Part shown: in pieces, positions 1 to 9,457 of the stretch
How the letters are laid out: every line of letters begins with the position of its first letter
Numbering within the stretch: the stretch's first letter is position 1
From: a bacterium
Lineage (GTDB): Bacteria; Elusimicrobiota; Elusimicrobia; Elusimicrobiales; UBA9959
Assembly (NCBI GenBank): GCA_021789695.1
Contig: JAJYJH010000010.1
Location: forward strand, 6,240-70,239
Direction: 5' to 3'
Length of the DNA: 64,000 nt
Translations under genes and position numbers: made by a program
The notes under the pieces: model-generated
Told to the model about the DNA's origin: nothing
Seen by the model: the letters and a program-made list of their open reading frames with translations, nothing else
Databases searched by the model: none

Positions 1-1
1 T

Positions 2-484
2 TCCGCGGCCATGCTGCACGACCCGGAGATCATCTTCCTCGACGAGCCCACCTCGGGCGTCGCCCCTGCGGCGCGCGCACGCTTCTGGGGCCTGATACGC
101 AAGGTCACCGCGCTGGGCAAGACGGTGATAGTGACCACGCATTATATGGACGAGGCGGAGCAGTGCGGCCGCATAGCGCTGATGCGTACCGGCAGGCTGA
201 TAGCTCTTGGCTCGCCGGAAGAGCTCAAGACCGCGGCTTTCCCAGGGCCGATGGCCGAGCTGGACTTTAACGGCCAGCCCCCCAGGGATTTCATCTCCGG
301 CCTGGAGAAAGCGCCCGGCCTGCTGGAGCTCTCCCCGCACGGTATGCGCTGGCACGCGGCCTTCAGCGGCGAGGCCGAGATGGAGGCCGCCCTTTCCGGC
401 CTGCCCGCGGGCGCGTCGCGGGCGCTGATTAAGCCGTCGCTGGAAGATGTGTTCATCCGCCTGGTGGAGGGAAAGGAGCGTTAG
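2..484 (+). CDS. ABC transporter ATP-binding protein, C-terminal part (5' end outside window)
   Basis: Frame open to window edge. LHDPEIIFLDEPTSGV (Walker B/D-loop) and VTTHYMDEAE (H-loop) motifs. Directly precedes two ABC-2 permease genes. Confidence 0.85.
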   Translation, partial: SAAMLHDPEIIFLDEPTSGVAPAARARFWGLIRKVTALGKTVIVTTHYMDEAEQCGRIALMRTGRLIALGSPEELKTAAFPGPMAELDFNGQPPRDFISGLEKAPGLLELSPHGMRWHAAFSGEAEMEAALSGLPAGASRALIKPSLEDVFIRLVEGKER

Positions 485-493
485 GCTCCCTCT

Positions 494-1609
494 ATGACCG
501 GTTCATCGTTCAATTTTTACAGGGCCTATTCGGTAGCGCGCAAGGAGGTCATGCACGTGCTGCGCGACCCGTTCACGCTGGCCCTGGCGCTGGGCCTGCC
601 GGTGATGCTGGTCACGTTCTTCGGCTACGCGATAGATTTCGAGGTAAAGAACCTCTCGCTGGCCATCTCCGACATGGACAATGGCCCCTCCTCGCGCCGG
701 CTGCTGGACATCTTTTCCGCCTCCGGTTATTTCAACGTGTCGGCCGGCAAGGAACCGATACATAGGGTGGACGCCGGCGAGGCTGCTGCCGCGCTCTTTA
801 TAAAGCCGGATTTTTCACGTGACTTGAGGCGCGGCAAACCCGTGTCGGCGCAGTTCGTGCTGGACGGCAGCGACAACTCCAAGGCCGCCGTGATAATGGG
901 CTACCTGCCGGGCATACAGGCAGCCGCCAACGCGCGCCTGTCCGGCTACCCGCCCTCGCCGCCGGTCTCGCTGGAGACGCGCTTCCTCTACAACCCTGAA
1001 CTCAACAGCCGTTGGTTCACGATCCCGGGCCTGGCGGCCATCATTATAGGCTTGCTGGCCATCATGCTGACAGCGATGACGGTAGCGCGCGAGTGGGAGA
1101 ACGGCTCGATGGAGCTGCTGCTCTCCACTCCGGTGCGCCCGCTCGAGATCATCGTGGGCAAGCTCGCTCCTTACGGGGTGCTGGTGCTGACCGGCGTATT
1201 TTTCGTCTACCTGGCGTCGCGGCTGGTGTTCGGGGTGCCGTTCGCGGGCTCCCACCTGCTGTTCCTGCTCGCCTGCGTGCTGTTCATCGTCGCCGCGTTG
1301 TCCCAGGGGCTGTTCATCTCGGTGGCCACGCGCCAGCAGCAGGTGGCCATGCAGCTCTCGATGATAACCGGCCTGCTGCCGTCCATGCTGCTTTCCGGCT
1401 TCATCTTTCCCGTAGAAAGTATGCCGGCGTTCTTCCGTTATTTCACGATGCTGCTGCCCCCGCGCTGGTTCATGGAGGCCGCGCGGGGCATCTACCTTAA
1501 AGGGGCCGGGCTGCGCGAGTTGGCTGTCCCTTTTCTCGCGCTGACCGTGCTGAGCGCGCTGATGCTGACGCTGGCGCTCAGGAAGTTCAAGACGGATCTG
1601 GAGCCATGA
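494..1609 (+). CDS. ABC-2 type transporter permease
   Basis: 371 aa. One N-terminal TM, a large loop, then a cluster of C-terminal hydrophobic segments typical of YbhS/YhhJ-like ABC-2 permeases. Starts 9 nt after the ATPase gene. Confidence 0.85.
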   Translation: MTGSSFNFYRAYSVARKEVMHVLRDPFTLALALGLPVMLVTFFGYAIDFEVKNLSLAISDMDNGPSSRRLLDIFSASGYFNVSAGKEPIHRVDAGEAAAALFIKPDFSRDLRRGKPVSAQFVLDGSDNSKAAVIMGYLPGIQAAANARLSGYPPSPPVSLETRFLYNPELNSRWFTIPGLAAIIIGLLAIMLTAMTVAREWENGSMELLLSTPVRPLEIIVGKLAPYGVLVLTGVFFVYLASRLVFGVPFAGSHLLFLLACVLFIVAALSQGLFISVATRQQQVAMQLSMITGLLPSMLLSGFIFPVESMPAFFRYFTMLLPPRWFMEAARGIYLKGAGLRELAVPFLALTVLSALMLTLALRKFKTDLEP

Positions 1610-2709
1610 TCAACCCGACGCTGATGGCGTTCATAAAGAAGGAACTGCGCCAGACGCTGCGCGACGTGCGCATGCGCGTGCTGCTCTTCGGCGCGCCGGT
1701 CATCCAGATGACGGTCTTCGGCCTGGCCCTCTCCACGGAAATCAAAAACATCAAGCTGGCTGTCTTCGCCAGGCCCGACGACGCCGTAGCCGAACGCCTG
1801 GCGGAACGGTTCTACGCCTCCGGCTGGTTTAAGCCCGTGGTCTTCAGCCCGTCGGACGACCCGTACGAACTGATAGATTCGGGCAGGGCCGACGCCGTGC
1901 TGATAGCCCCGAAGGACGGTCTTGGCCGCGCCGTCCGCCGCGGGGAAGGGAAGATGCAGCTGCTGGTGGACGCCTCCAACGCCACCAAGGGCCGCATCGT
2001 GGAGGCATACGCCAAGAGCATAGTCTCGGCCTTTATAGCGCGTGAGTACGGCCGCGCCCCGCCGCAGCCGTTCGCCTTCGACGTGCGCGTGCTTTATAAC
2101 CCCGCGATGGAATCCTCGCTGTTCCTGGTGCCCGGCGTGATGAGCATGGTCATCTGCCTGATCACTATAATCCTCACGGCCATGTCGCTGACGCGCGAGC
2201 GTGAAATGGGTACGTTCGAGACCATAGTCTCGGCGCCGCTCTCCGACGAAGAGATCCTGCTGGGCAAGACGCTGCCGTTCATTCTGATGGGACTGGTGGT
2301 AGCCGCGCTGGTGATGACGGCCGCCTGGCTCGTCTTCGGAGTGCCGGTGCGCGGGCCGCTGTGGGAATTCGCGGTCGCGTCGTTCGTCTTCGTCGTCACT
2401 ACGGTAAGCGTGGGGACGTCTATCTCCTCCATAGCCAGGACGCAGCAGCAGTCCATGCTGGGCGGCTTCATGTTCCTCTTCCCCGCCATACTGATGAGCG
2501 GCATAATGTACCCGGTGGAAAATATGCCGCCGGCCATAATCGCCGCCGCCTATCTGGACCCGCTGATGTACTTCATGAGGCTGCTGCGCAACATCATGCT
2601 TAAGGGCGGCGACTTCCATGTGTTCCTCGTCAACACGGGCGTGCTGGCGCTGATGGCCGCGGCCGCGGCCGGCCTGGCCTACAACAGGTTCAGGCAAACG
2701 CTTAACTAG
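1606..2709 (+). CDS. ABC-2 type transporter permease (second subunit)
   Basis: 367 aa paralog of the preceding permease with the same architecture. ATGA start/stop overlap at 1606-1609. Confidence 0.85.
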   Translation: MINPTLMAFIKKELRQTLRDVRMRVLLFGAPVIQMTVFGLALSTEIKNIKLAVFARPDDAVAERLAERFYASGWFKPVVFSPSDDPYELIDSGRADAVLIAPKDGLGRAVRRGEGKMQLLVDASNATKGRIVEAYAKSIVSAFIAREYGRAPPQPFAFDVRVLYNPAMESSLFLVPGVMSMVICLITIILTAMSLTREREMGTFETIVSAPLSDEEILLGKTLPFILMGLVVAALVMTAAWLVFGVPVRGPLWEFAVASFVFVVTTVSVGTSISSIARTQQQSMLGGFMFLFPAILMSGIMYPVENMPPAIIAAAYLDPLMYFMRLLRNIMLKGGDFHVFLVNTGVLALMAAAAAGLAYNRFRQTLN

Positions 2710-2717
2710 GAGGGAGC

Positions 2718-3053
2718 ATGGCGAAGAAGGGAAAAGAGGAACTGCAAGGAAAAGCGCTTAAAGCCAAGGACCTGGTGGGCTACGACACTGACGCCGTAGT
2801 CAGCCGAACGATAATACGGAAGTCCTCCGGCACGGTGACGCTCTTTTCCTTCGACAAAGGCCAGGGCCTCAGCGAGCATACTGCCCCGTTCGACGCCATG
2901 GCGGAGGTGCTCAATGGCGAGGCGGAGATAACCATATCCGGAAAACCGGTCAGGGTCAAAGCGGGGGAGTTCGTGATTATGCCTGCGCGCAAGCCGCACG
3001 CGCTGCGCGCCGTGAAAAGGTTCAAGATGGCGCTGATACTGATAAAGTCATAG
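2718..3053 (+). CDS. cupin domain protein
   Basis: 111 aa. Cupin-like core (GLSEHTAPFDAMAEVLNGEAEITISGKPVRVKAGEFVIMPARKPHAL). Confidence 0.75.
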   Translation: MAKKGKEELQGKALKAKDLVGYDTDAVVSRTIIRKSSGTVTLFSFDKGQGLSEHTAPFDAMAEVLNGEAEITISGKPVRVKAGEFVIMPARKPHALRAVKRFKMALILIKS

Positions 3054-3061
3054 GAGAAAAT

Positions 3062-4219
3062 ATGGGAGGATATCCGGAGAGGAAAAGGGTACTGAAGGAA
3101 ATACTGGCCGAACTGCACAAGGGCCTGACGCTGGAGGCGGCGAAGGAACGCTTCGAGGCCGAGATAGGGAGGGTGACTTCAGTGGAGATCTTCGACCTCG
3201 AGCAGTCCCTGTTGGAGGAAGGCGTGCCGGCCGAGGAGATAAAGAAGTTCTGCAATGTCCACGCCCTTCTTTTTGAAAAGGACCTCGAGAAAAGCATGGC
3301 CGATCCCGCCTCCCCGTCGCACCCGGTGGCGCTGTTCAAGGCCGAGAACGCCGAGATCAAACGCCGCGTGGATTCCGCCAAAGCGCTGCTGCCGGCCCTG
3401 AAGGAAGGAAAAGGCGGCGACTGGGTCCGCGGCCTCATAGAAGAACTGCGCGCGGTGCTCAAGCATTACGAGCGCAAAGAACAGCTGCTGTTCCCGTACC
3501 TGGAGAAGGCCGGCTTCTACGGCCCGTCCAAGGTGATGTGGGGCAAGCACGACGAGGTCCGGGAACTCTTCAAGAAGGCCGCCTTCTCCTCCCCGGCTGA
3601 ATTCCCGGCCGCGGCCGGGGCGTTGCTGGACGAGATCGAGGCGATGATCTTCAAAGAGGAGAACATCCTCTTGCCGACGGCGCTGGAGAAGCTCAAGCCG
3701 GCGGACTGGGCCGTCATCTTCCGCGAGAGCGCGCAGGCGGGCTATATCTTCATCGACCCGCCCGCCGCGGCCGCGGAGGCGCTGGACATAGCGCAGAACG
3801 CCTCCTCTCTTTCGGGGGCCTCGGTGAACCTGCCCAGCGGCAGTCTGGCGCTGGAGGCGCTGACCGCCCTGCTAAACACCCTGCCGGTGGACCTGACCTT
3901 CGTGGACGAGGAAGATACGGTGCGCTATTTCACGGAGGGGAAGGACCGGGTTTTCCTGCGCGCGCGCTCCATTATCGGGCGCAAGGTGCAAAACTGCCAC
4001 CCGCCGCAGAGCCTCGATAAGGTGGAGCGGATACTTGACGCCTTCAAGTCTGGCAAGAAGAGCTGCGAGGAGTTCTGGATAAACATGAAGGGGCGGCTCA
4101 TACATATCCGCTATTTCGCCCTGCGGGGAGAAAGGGGAAAATACCTGGGAGCGCTGGAAGTGACGCAGGATATTACCGATATACAGAAAATCAAAGGCGA
4201 AAAAATGCTGGCGGACTGA
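3062..4219 (+). CDS. DUF438-type protein (hemerythrin-like region plus C-terminal PAS-like domain)
   Basis: 385 aa. Layout and sequence resemble DUF438 family members. Followed 1 nt later by a DUF1858-like ORF, the usual partner. Confidence 0.7.
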   Translation: MGGYPERKRVLKEILAELHKGLTLEAAKERFEAEIGRVTSVEIFDLEQSLLEEGVPAEEIKKFCNVHALLFEKDLEKSMADPASPSHPVALFKAENAEIKRRVDSAKALLPALKEGKGGDWVRGLIEELRAVLKHYERKEQLLFPYLEKAGFYGPSKVMWGKHDEVRELFKKAAFSSPAEFPAAAGALLDEIEAMIFKEENILLPTALEKLKPADWAVIFRESAQAGYIFIDPPAAAAEALDIAQNASSLSGASVNLPSGSLALEALTALLNTLPVDLTFVDEEDTVRYFTEGKDRVFLRARSIIGRKVQNCHPPQSLDKVERILDAFKSGKKSCEEFWINMKGRLIHIRYFALRGERGKYLGALEVTQDITDIQKIKGEKMLAD

Positions 4220-4220
4220 T

Positions 4221-4448
4221 ATGGCTGGAAAGATAGCGGACTTGGACAGGTCCCTCTATGACCTGACGACCGAATACCCGGACTTAATAGAGGCCTTGTT
4301 CGAGCTCGGCTTCATGGGAGTCAAGAACCCGGTGATGCGCGAATCCCACGGCAAACAGATGACGGTGCGTTCCGGCTGCGACTACCTCGGTATAGACGTG
4401 AATAAGGTGACTGCCGTACTGAAGGCGAGGGGTTTCACTGTAAAATAA
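4221..4448 (+). CDS. DUF1858-type small protein
   Basis: 75 aa. Resembles DUF1858 and sits immediately after the DUF438 gene. Confidence 0.65.
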   Translation: MAGKIADLDRSLYDLTTEYPDLIEALFELGFMGVKNPVMRESHGKQMTVRSGCDYLGIDVNKVTAVLKARGFTVK

Positions 4449-4614
4449 CCAAAACGCACCTCCCCGTAGGGGCGGGCGCCTTTTCCTCCCGGGCGCAGGA
4501 CTTGCCAGCCATAAAAAGCGCCGTGGCCATGCGGCGGCGTGGTGCGGAGACCCCGTTATTTCAATGCGCGGGCGTCCCCTCGACCGGCCGCATATCTGTT
4601 ATACTAGTCTTCCG

Positions 4615-6408
4615 ATGGGCATACTTTTCAGCTGCAGCGAGCTTGCTAAAACCTTCGGATACCGTCCGCTGTTCGAGGGGCTGTCGTTCGGCCTTTTCGA
4701 GGGGGAGCGCACCGGGCTGATAGGCCCTAACGGTACCGGCAAATCCACGCTGCTGCGCATCCTCGCCGGGTTAGAGACTCCGGATTCAGGCGAGCTCGCG
4801 CCGCGGCGCGGCCTGCGGGTAGGCTACCTCTCCCAGCGCGCCCGCGTTGAGGACTTGCCGGCCGGCACCACCGTTAAGGGGTACCTCCTCTCCGCGCTGC
4901 GGGGCCTGGGGCTGCAGGAGTATGAAATGGAGAACCGTGTGGCGGCCGGCCTGGACAGGGCCGGTTTTGCCGAGCCCGATAAAGAGGCCGCGAAGCTCTC
5001 CGGCGGCTGGCGCAAGCGCCTGGCAATCCTGGCCGAGACGCTGCGCGAGCCGGACCTGCTGCTTTTGGACGAACCTACCAACCACCTGGACCTCGAGGGC
5101 GTGCTGTGGCTGGAGAGGTTCCTCGACGGGCTGAAGTTTTCCTTCGTCGTGGTCACGCACGACCGTAGTTTCCTGGAGCGGGTTTGCAACCGCGTCATAG
5201 AGCTGGACCGCCGCTACCCGCAGGGGCACCTGTCGAGCGCCGGAAACTACAGCAGGTTCCTGGAAAATCGCGAGCTCTTCCTGGACGCGCAGGCCTCGCG
5301 CGAGGATTCGCTGCGCAATATAGTGCGCGGCGAGATAGAGTGGCTGCGCAAGGGGCCTAGAGCCCGCACCACCAAGCAGAAGGCCCGCATAGACCGCGCC
5401 GGCCGGCTGATGGATGACCTTTCCGAGCTGGAATACCGCAACGCGCAGGGGCGCGCCGCCGTAATAGACTTCCTTGCCGGGGACAGGCAGGCCAACCGGC
5501 TGGTGGACGCCCGCGCCGTTTCGAAGACCCTTGGCGGCCGCCTGCTCTTCGAGGGGCTGGACCTGGCGCTGCGGCCCGGCGACAAAGTGGGGCTTATCGG
5601 CCCCAACGGCAGCGGCAAGACCACGCTGCTTAAAATTCTGGTCGGCGCCCTGACGCCTGACTCCGGCGAGGTCAAGAGAGCCGAAAGCGTGAGGACCGTC
5701 GTCTTCGACCAGCACCGCGACTCGCTCGATCTGGATATGACCCTCTACCGCGCGCTCTGCCCGGCCGGCGACAAGGTGGCGTATAATGGCGCCTTCGTGC
5801 ACGTCCATAACTGGGCCAGGCGCTTCCTGTTCAGGCCCGAGCAACTGGACTTCCCGCTCTCGAAGCTCTCCGGGGGGGAGCAGTCCCGCGTGCTGATAGC
5901 GGACCTGATGCGCCGCCCGGCGGATCTGCTGCTGCTTGACGAGCCGACTAATGACCTCGACATCCGCTCGCTGGAAGTATTGGAAAACAGCCTGAAGGAG
6001 TTCCCGGGGGCGATCGTGCTTGTGACGCATGACCGCTACCTGATGGGCAGGGTCTGCGGCGCGGTCGTGGGCTTAGACGGCCGGGGCGGCCACGGGTATT
6101 TCGGCGGCCTGGAGCAGTGGGAGGAGTGGCAGGCGGGGCGTGACGCCCTGGCGCAGGCCACGGCCGCCCCGCAAGCGGAACAGAGGCCGGCGCTGGACCG
6201 CCGCGAGGCCGAGGAGTTGCGCAATATGGAGCGCACGATAAAGACCGCCGAGGAGAAAGTCTCCAAAGCCTCCGCCGCCCTGGAGGACCCGGCCATAGCC
6301 GCCGACGCCGAAGAGTTGCACCGCCGTCAGCTTAAACTGGAAGAGGCGCAGGCGAGGGTCGACGCGCTCTTTGCGCGCTGGGAAGCCCTCGAAGCCAAGA
6401 TCCGTTAA
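4615..6408 (+). CDS. ABC-F family ATPase (Uup-like, two ABC domains plus C-terminal coiled coil)
   Basis: Two Walker A motifs (GPNGTGKS, GPNGSGKT), two signature motifs (LSGGWRKR, LSGGEQSR) and no TM segments. Start moved to the internal ATG at 4615 (MGILFSC...), which fits the family N-terminus. Confidence 0.85.
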   Translation: MGILFSCSELAKTFGYRPLFEGLSFGLFEGERTGLIGPNGTGKSTLLRILAGLETPDSGELAPRRGLRVGYLSQRARVEDLPAGTTVKGYLLSALRGLGLQEYEMENRVAAGLDRAGFAEPDKEAAKLSGGWRKRLAILAETLREPDLLLLDEPTNHLDLEGVLWLERFLDGLKFSFVVVTHDRSFLERVCNRVIELDRRYPQGHLSSAGNYSRFLENRELFLDAQASREDSLRNIVRGEIEWLRKGPRARTTKQKARIDRAGRLMDDLSELEYRNAQGRAAVIDFLAGDRQANRLVDARAVSKTLGGRLLFEGLDLALRPGDKVGLIGPNGSGKTTLLKILVGALTPDSGEVKRAESVRTVVFDQHRDSLDLDMTLYRALCPAGDKVAYNGAFVHVHNWARRFLFRPEQLDFPLSKLSGGEQSRVLIADLMRRPADLLLLDEPTNDLDIRSLEVLENSLKEFPGAIVLVTHDRYLMGRVCGAVVGLDGRGGHGYFGGLEQWEEWQAGRDALAQATAAPQAEQRPALDRREAEELRNMERTIKTAEEKVSKASAALEDPAIAADAEELHRRQLKLEEAQARVDALFARWEALEAKIR

Positions 6409-6439
6409 AGTAAAAAAGGGGACGGACTGTTTTTTATAA

Positions 6440-6670
6440 GGAAGCAGCCCGCTGAAGAGGCGGGAGACCTGCGTCTGTGAGCTGCGCGACTTGGTCGGCG
6501 ACAATCTCTCCACGGTCTCCAAGCTCCTTCTGGTGCTCAGGAACGCCGGGTTGGTCGCTTCCCGCAGGGAGGGAAACTGGCTGTGTTGCCGCCTGCCCTT
6601 GCGTGCTGGACTTCACGGCCTGAATGGGCGGGCTTCGCGAAAAGAATGTGTAAACCCGTGCAGCTGCTGA
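6440..6670 (+). pseudogene. ArsR/SmtB-family regulator remnant (5'-truncated, no start codon)
   Basis: Open frame reads ETCVCELRDLVGDNLSTVSKLLLVLRNAGLVASRREGNWLCCRL. That is the CVC metal site plus the wHTH recognition helix, but the N-terminal helices and an initiation codon are missing. Confidence 0.55.
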
Positions 6671-7496
6671 CGGACCGCCTGGTCTATGGCCTTCTGGGGC
6701 TGGGCGGCACGCTCGCTGGTTCGGCTGCGGACTGTTTCATCTTCGAATCCGTGAAGATTTTCGTCCTGCTGGCCATGTAATTTGCTCGGTTTCCGCGCTG
6801 CGCAGGTTCCGGCCGCCTCTGGGCCGCCGGTCTGGGGATAATCACAACTTTCTTTACCTGCAGCGTTATACCGCTGTTCCTGGGCTTCGTGCAGACAGGT
6901 ATACCGCTGGGGATCACGTTCTCGTTCCTCGTGGCGTCGCCGATGATAAACGAGGCGGCCCTGGTGATGCTGCTGGGGATGTTCGGCTTTAAATAGCGCT
7001 GACCTGCGCCGCAAGCGGTTTAACGATAGAGGTGTTCTCCGGGCTCGCCATAGGCCGGCTTAACCTCGAGCACCTGCTGTAGGGCTTAGATCAGAACAAG
7101 CGCATGAAGAACGCCGAGCTTGGCGCCGATATGCCGTGGGCGGAGCGGCGGGCCTACGCGCAGGAGTATCCCCTGGACATCATCGGCAAGATCTGGCGCT
7201 ACGTCCTCGTCGGCATAGGCGCCGGCGCGTGGATAAACGGCTATGTGCCGCAGGGCCTGCTGGCCCGCTGGGCCGGGCCCGGCAAGTGGTACGCCGTGCC
7301 GCTGGCCGCCGCCGGCCTGTCCCTGCCGGAGTTCATGATACTGCGCGGGGCGATGAAGACGCGGCTGCTGCTCATCTTTTTCGGCATAGTCGGCGTTAAT
7401 TTTAACCGGCTTTCCCTTCAACTTGATAATGCGGTAGGAGTGAGCATGGGGAAATACAGGTACTCGGCGGCGGCCTCCCTCCGGGAAGGCGATTGA
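6583..7496 (+). pseudogene. ArsP/DUF318-type permease, decayed (in-frame stops and frameshift)
   Basis: Permease-like segments (FFTCSVIPLFLGFVQTGIPLGITFSFLVASPMINEAALVMLLGMFG; IWRYVLVGIGAGAWINGYVPQ; LSLPEFMILR) are split by TAA 6778-6780, a TAG/frame change at 6994-6996 and TAG 7080-7082. The 3' part looks shortened. Confidence 0.6.
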
Positions 7497-7499
7497 TCC

Positions 7500-7528
7500 T
7501 TGACAAAATGGCGTTTGTCTGGTAGAAT
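7500..7528 (+). promoter_or_regulatory. sigma70-type promoter of the TetR/RND operon
   Basis: TTGACA (7500-7505), 17-nt spacer, TGnTAGAAT extended -10 (TAGAAT 7523-7528). Lies 34 nt upstream of the tetR-family ATG. Confidence 0.6.
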
Positions 7529-7532
7529 GTGA

Positions 7533-7548
7533 GTAAGTGATAACTTAC
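7533..7548. promoter_or_regulatory. candidate TetR operator (perfect 6-4-6 palindrome)
   Basis: GTAAGTgataACTTAC lies between the -10 box and the ribosome-binding site of the TetR gene. Confidence 0.45.
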
Positions 7549-7561
7549 AAAAAGGGGCTTT

Positions 7562-8164
7562 ATGAAATCTCCCGGAAAAAGGCAGACCACCGAGGTTCGA
7601 CGGGAACAGATTAAACGCGCAGTGCTGGACATCATAGCGAAAGAGGGGATGGCGAGGCTTTCCACGCGGCGCCTGGCCGAGCGGGTGGGGATAAGCGAAG
7701 CGGCCATCTTCAGGCATTTCAGGACCAAACAGGATATTATCCTGGGCATAATGCAGGACGTTAAAACGGACATGGTGGGGGGGATGCAGGCCGCGGCCGC
7801 GCAGCAGAAATCCGCTGACAAGCGCCTTTTCGAACTCATGTGCGCGCAGGTGAAATATATAATGAAAAACGAGGGGATAAACATCCTGCTGTTCTCGGAA
7901 GCGGCGCATTATAACGACAGCGTCCTTAAAACGGAGCTGCACGGCATCCTGGCCGCCCAGAAGAAACTGCTGGTCGGGGTGATACGGGACGGCATAAAAG
8001 AGGGGCTCTGGCGCGGCCTGATAAGCGTGGAGGACGCCGCCATGCTGTACATGGGCATCCCCATAAGCCTCAACATCGAGCTGGTGCTCAACCGCAAGAG
8101 CGTCAACACCGAAAGTTTCTGCAAGCGCATGTTCTTTCTGTTTTCCGGCATACTGGCCAGGTAG
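7562..8164 (+). CDS. TetR/AcrR family transcriptional regulator
   Basis: 200 aa. N-terminal HTH (RLSTRRLAERVGISEAAIFRHFRTKQDI). First gene of the efflux operon. Confidence 0.85.
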   Translation: MKSPGKRQTTEVRREQIKRAVLDIIAKEGMARLSTRRLAERVGISEAAIFRHFRTKQDIILGIMQDVKTDMVGGMQAAAAQQKSADKRLFELMCAQVKYIMKNEGINILLFSEAAHYNDSVLKTELHGILAAQKKLLVGVIRDGIKEGLWRGLISVEDAAMLYMGIPISLNIELVLNRKSVNTESFCKRMFFLFSGILAR

Positions 8165-8176
8165 GAGAGCTGTTAT

Positions 8177-9457
8177 ATGAAGGTTAAAACACCGATAGCG
8201 GCCGCCTTGTTGGCCTTAGCCGGCGCCACCGGCGCGCGGGCTTTAACGCTGGACGGCGCCCTGGACGCCGCGCTTAAGAACAGCCCGGCGCTCAACATGG
8301 CGCGCGACGCCGCGGACGCGCAGCGGTACAGAAAATATGGCGCGCGCGTTTCGCGTCTGGGCGAGGTTACCGCCATAGGTAATCTTACACGCTACAATCT
8401 GGACCGCACCCTTACGCCCATGGTGCCGCCCATAAAACCGCCTTTCCCCCTCTCCGACGACACCATTACCAACGTGGGCGGCTCGTACACACTGCCGCTT
8501 TTCACCGGGTTCAAGCTGAGTAAAAATATCTCCATAGCCTCCCTGAGCTATGAAATAGCGAAAGCGCAGAGCTCCCTTACCGAAAAACAGGTGAAGTTCA
8601 ACGTCTATTCTTTATTCCTTAAAGGCCTGGCGCTCAAGGACCAGTTGCAGGCCAAGACGGAGCAGGAAAAGGCCCTGGCCGAGCTGCACAAGAACGTGGA
8701 ACTGGGAGTGAAGATAGGCCGCTATGCCTCCATCGATATTAAAAAGGTGGACTACCAGTACGAAATGGTGAAAGCCCAGCGGCAGGGGCTTGAGAATAAT
8801 ATCGCCTCCCTTAAAGCCGGGCTGGACCAGCTTACGGGGATGGGAACCGACGACTGGGATTTCGAGCCCGCCAAACTGAAAGAAAAAGACTACCCGCCGC
8901 TGGAGGACTTGGTGAAGGCCGCCCTGCTGGACCGCGAGGAAGTGACGGTCAGCATGAAGAAAAAACAGATAGCCGCGGCCAATTATTCCAGATCCAAATA
9001 CGCCTATTTGCCCGAGATCTCCGCCAACTATACCTATTTCAGGAGCATCGGCGGCGGCGGCAGCGTGCCGCTGTGGAACTACGGCGTGGCGGCCCAGTGG
9101 TCCGTGTTCGACTTCGGCAAAAGGGCTTTCGATATGGTAAGCCAGAAGCAGGAGTACAAAAGCGCCAAAGAGGCCGAGACCGCCCAGCAACTGGCCGTGC
9201 GCCGCGAGGTGGTGGACGCTTACGACTCCCTGCGCACGCAGATAGCCCTGCACGAGGCCGCCGTCAAAGCCCTGGCTTACGCCAAGGACGCCAGGAACGT
9301 GGAGAGTGTAAAGTACCAGCAGAACGCCGGCAGCATGTACGACCTGCTCCTTTCGCTGGCGCAGTATTACGACGCCCTTTCGCAGGAGCGGGGCGCGTAC
9401 TACGGAGTGTTTATCTCGGGTAAATACCTGGAACTAAGCGCGGGAGAAAAGATATGA
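8177..9457 (+). CDS. TolC-family outer membrane efflux protein
   Basis: 426 aa with a signal peptide (ALLALAGATGARA). Two-repeat OEP-like sequence. Operon position is ahead of the MFP and RND genes. Confidence 0.85.
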   Translation: MKVKTPIAAALLALAGATGARALTLDGALDAALKNSPALNMARDAADAQRYRKYGARVSRLGEVTAIGNLTRYNLDRTLTPMVPPIKPPFPLSDDTITNVGGSYTLPLFTGFKLSKNISIASLSYEIAKAQSSLTEKQVKFNVYSLFLKGLALKDQLQAKTEQEKALAELHKNVELGVKIGRYASIDIKKVDYQYEMVKAQRQGLENNIASLKAGLDQLTGMGTDDWDFEPAKLKEKDYPPLEDLVKAALLDREEVTVSMKKKQIAAANYSRSKYAYLPEISANYTYFRSIGGGGSVPLWNYGVAAQWSVFDFGKRAFDMVSQKQEYKSAKEAETAQQLAVRREVVDAYDSLRTQIALHEAAVKALAYAKDARNVESVKYQQNAGSMYDLLLSLAQYYDALSQERGAYYGVFISGKYLELSAGEKI

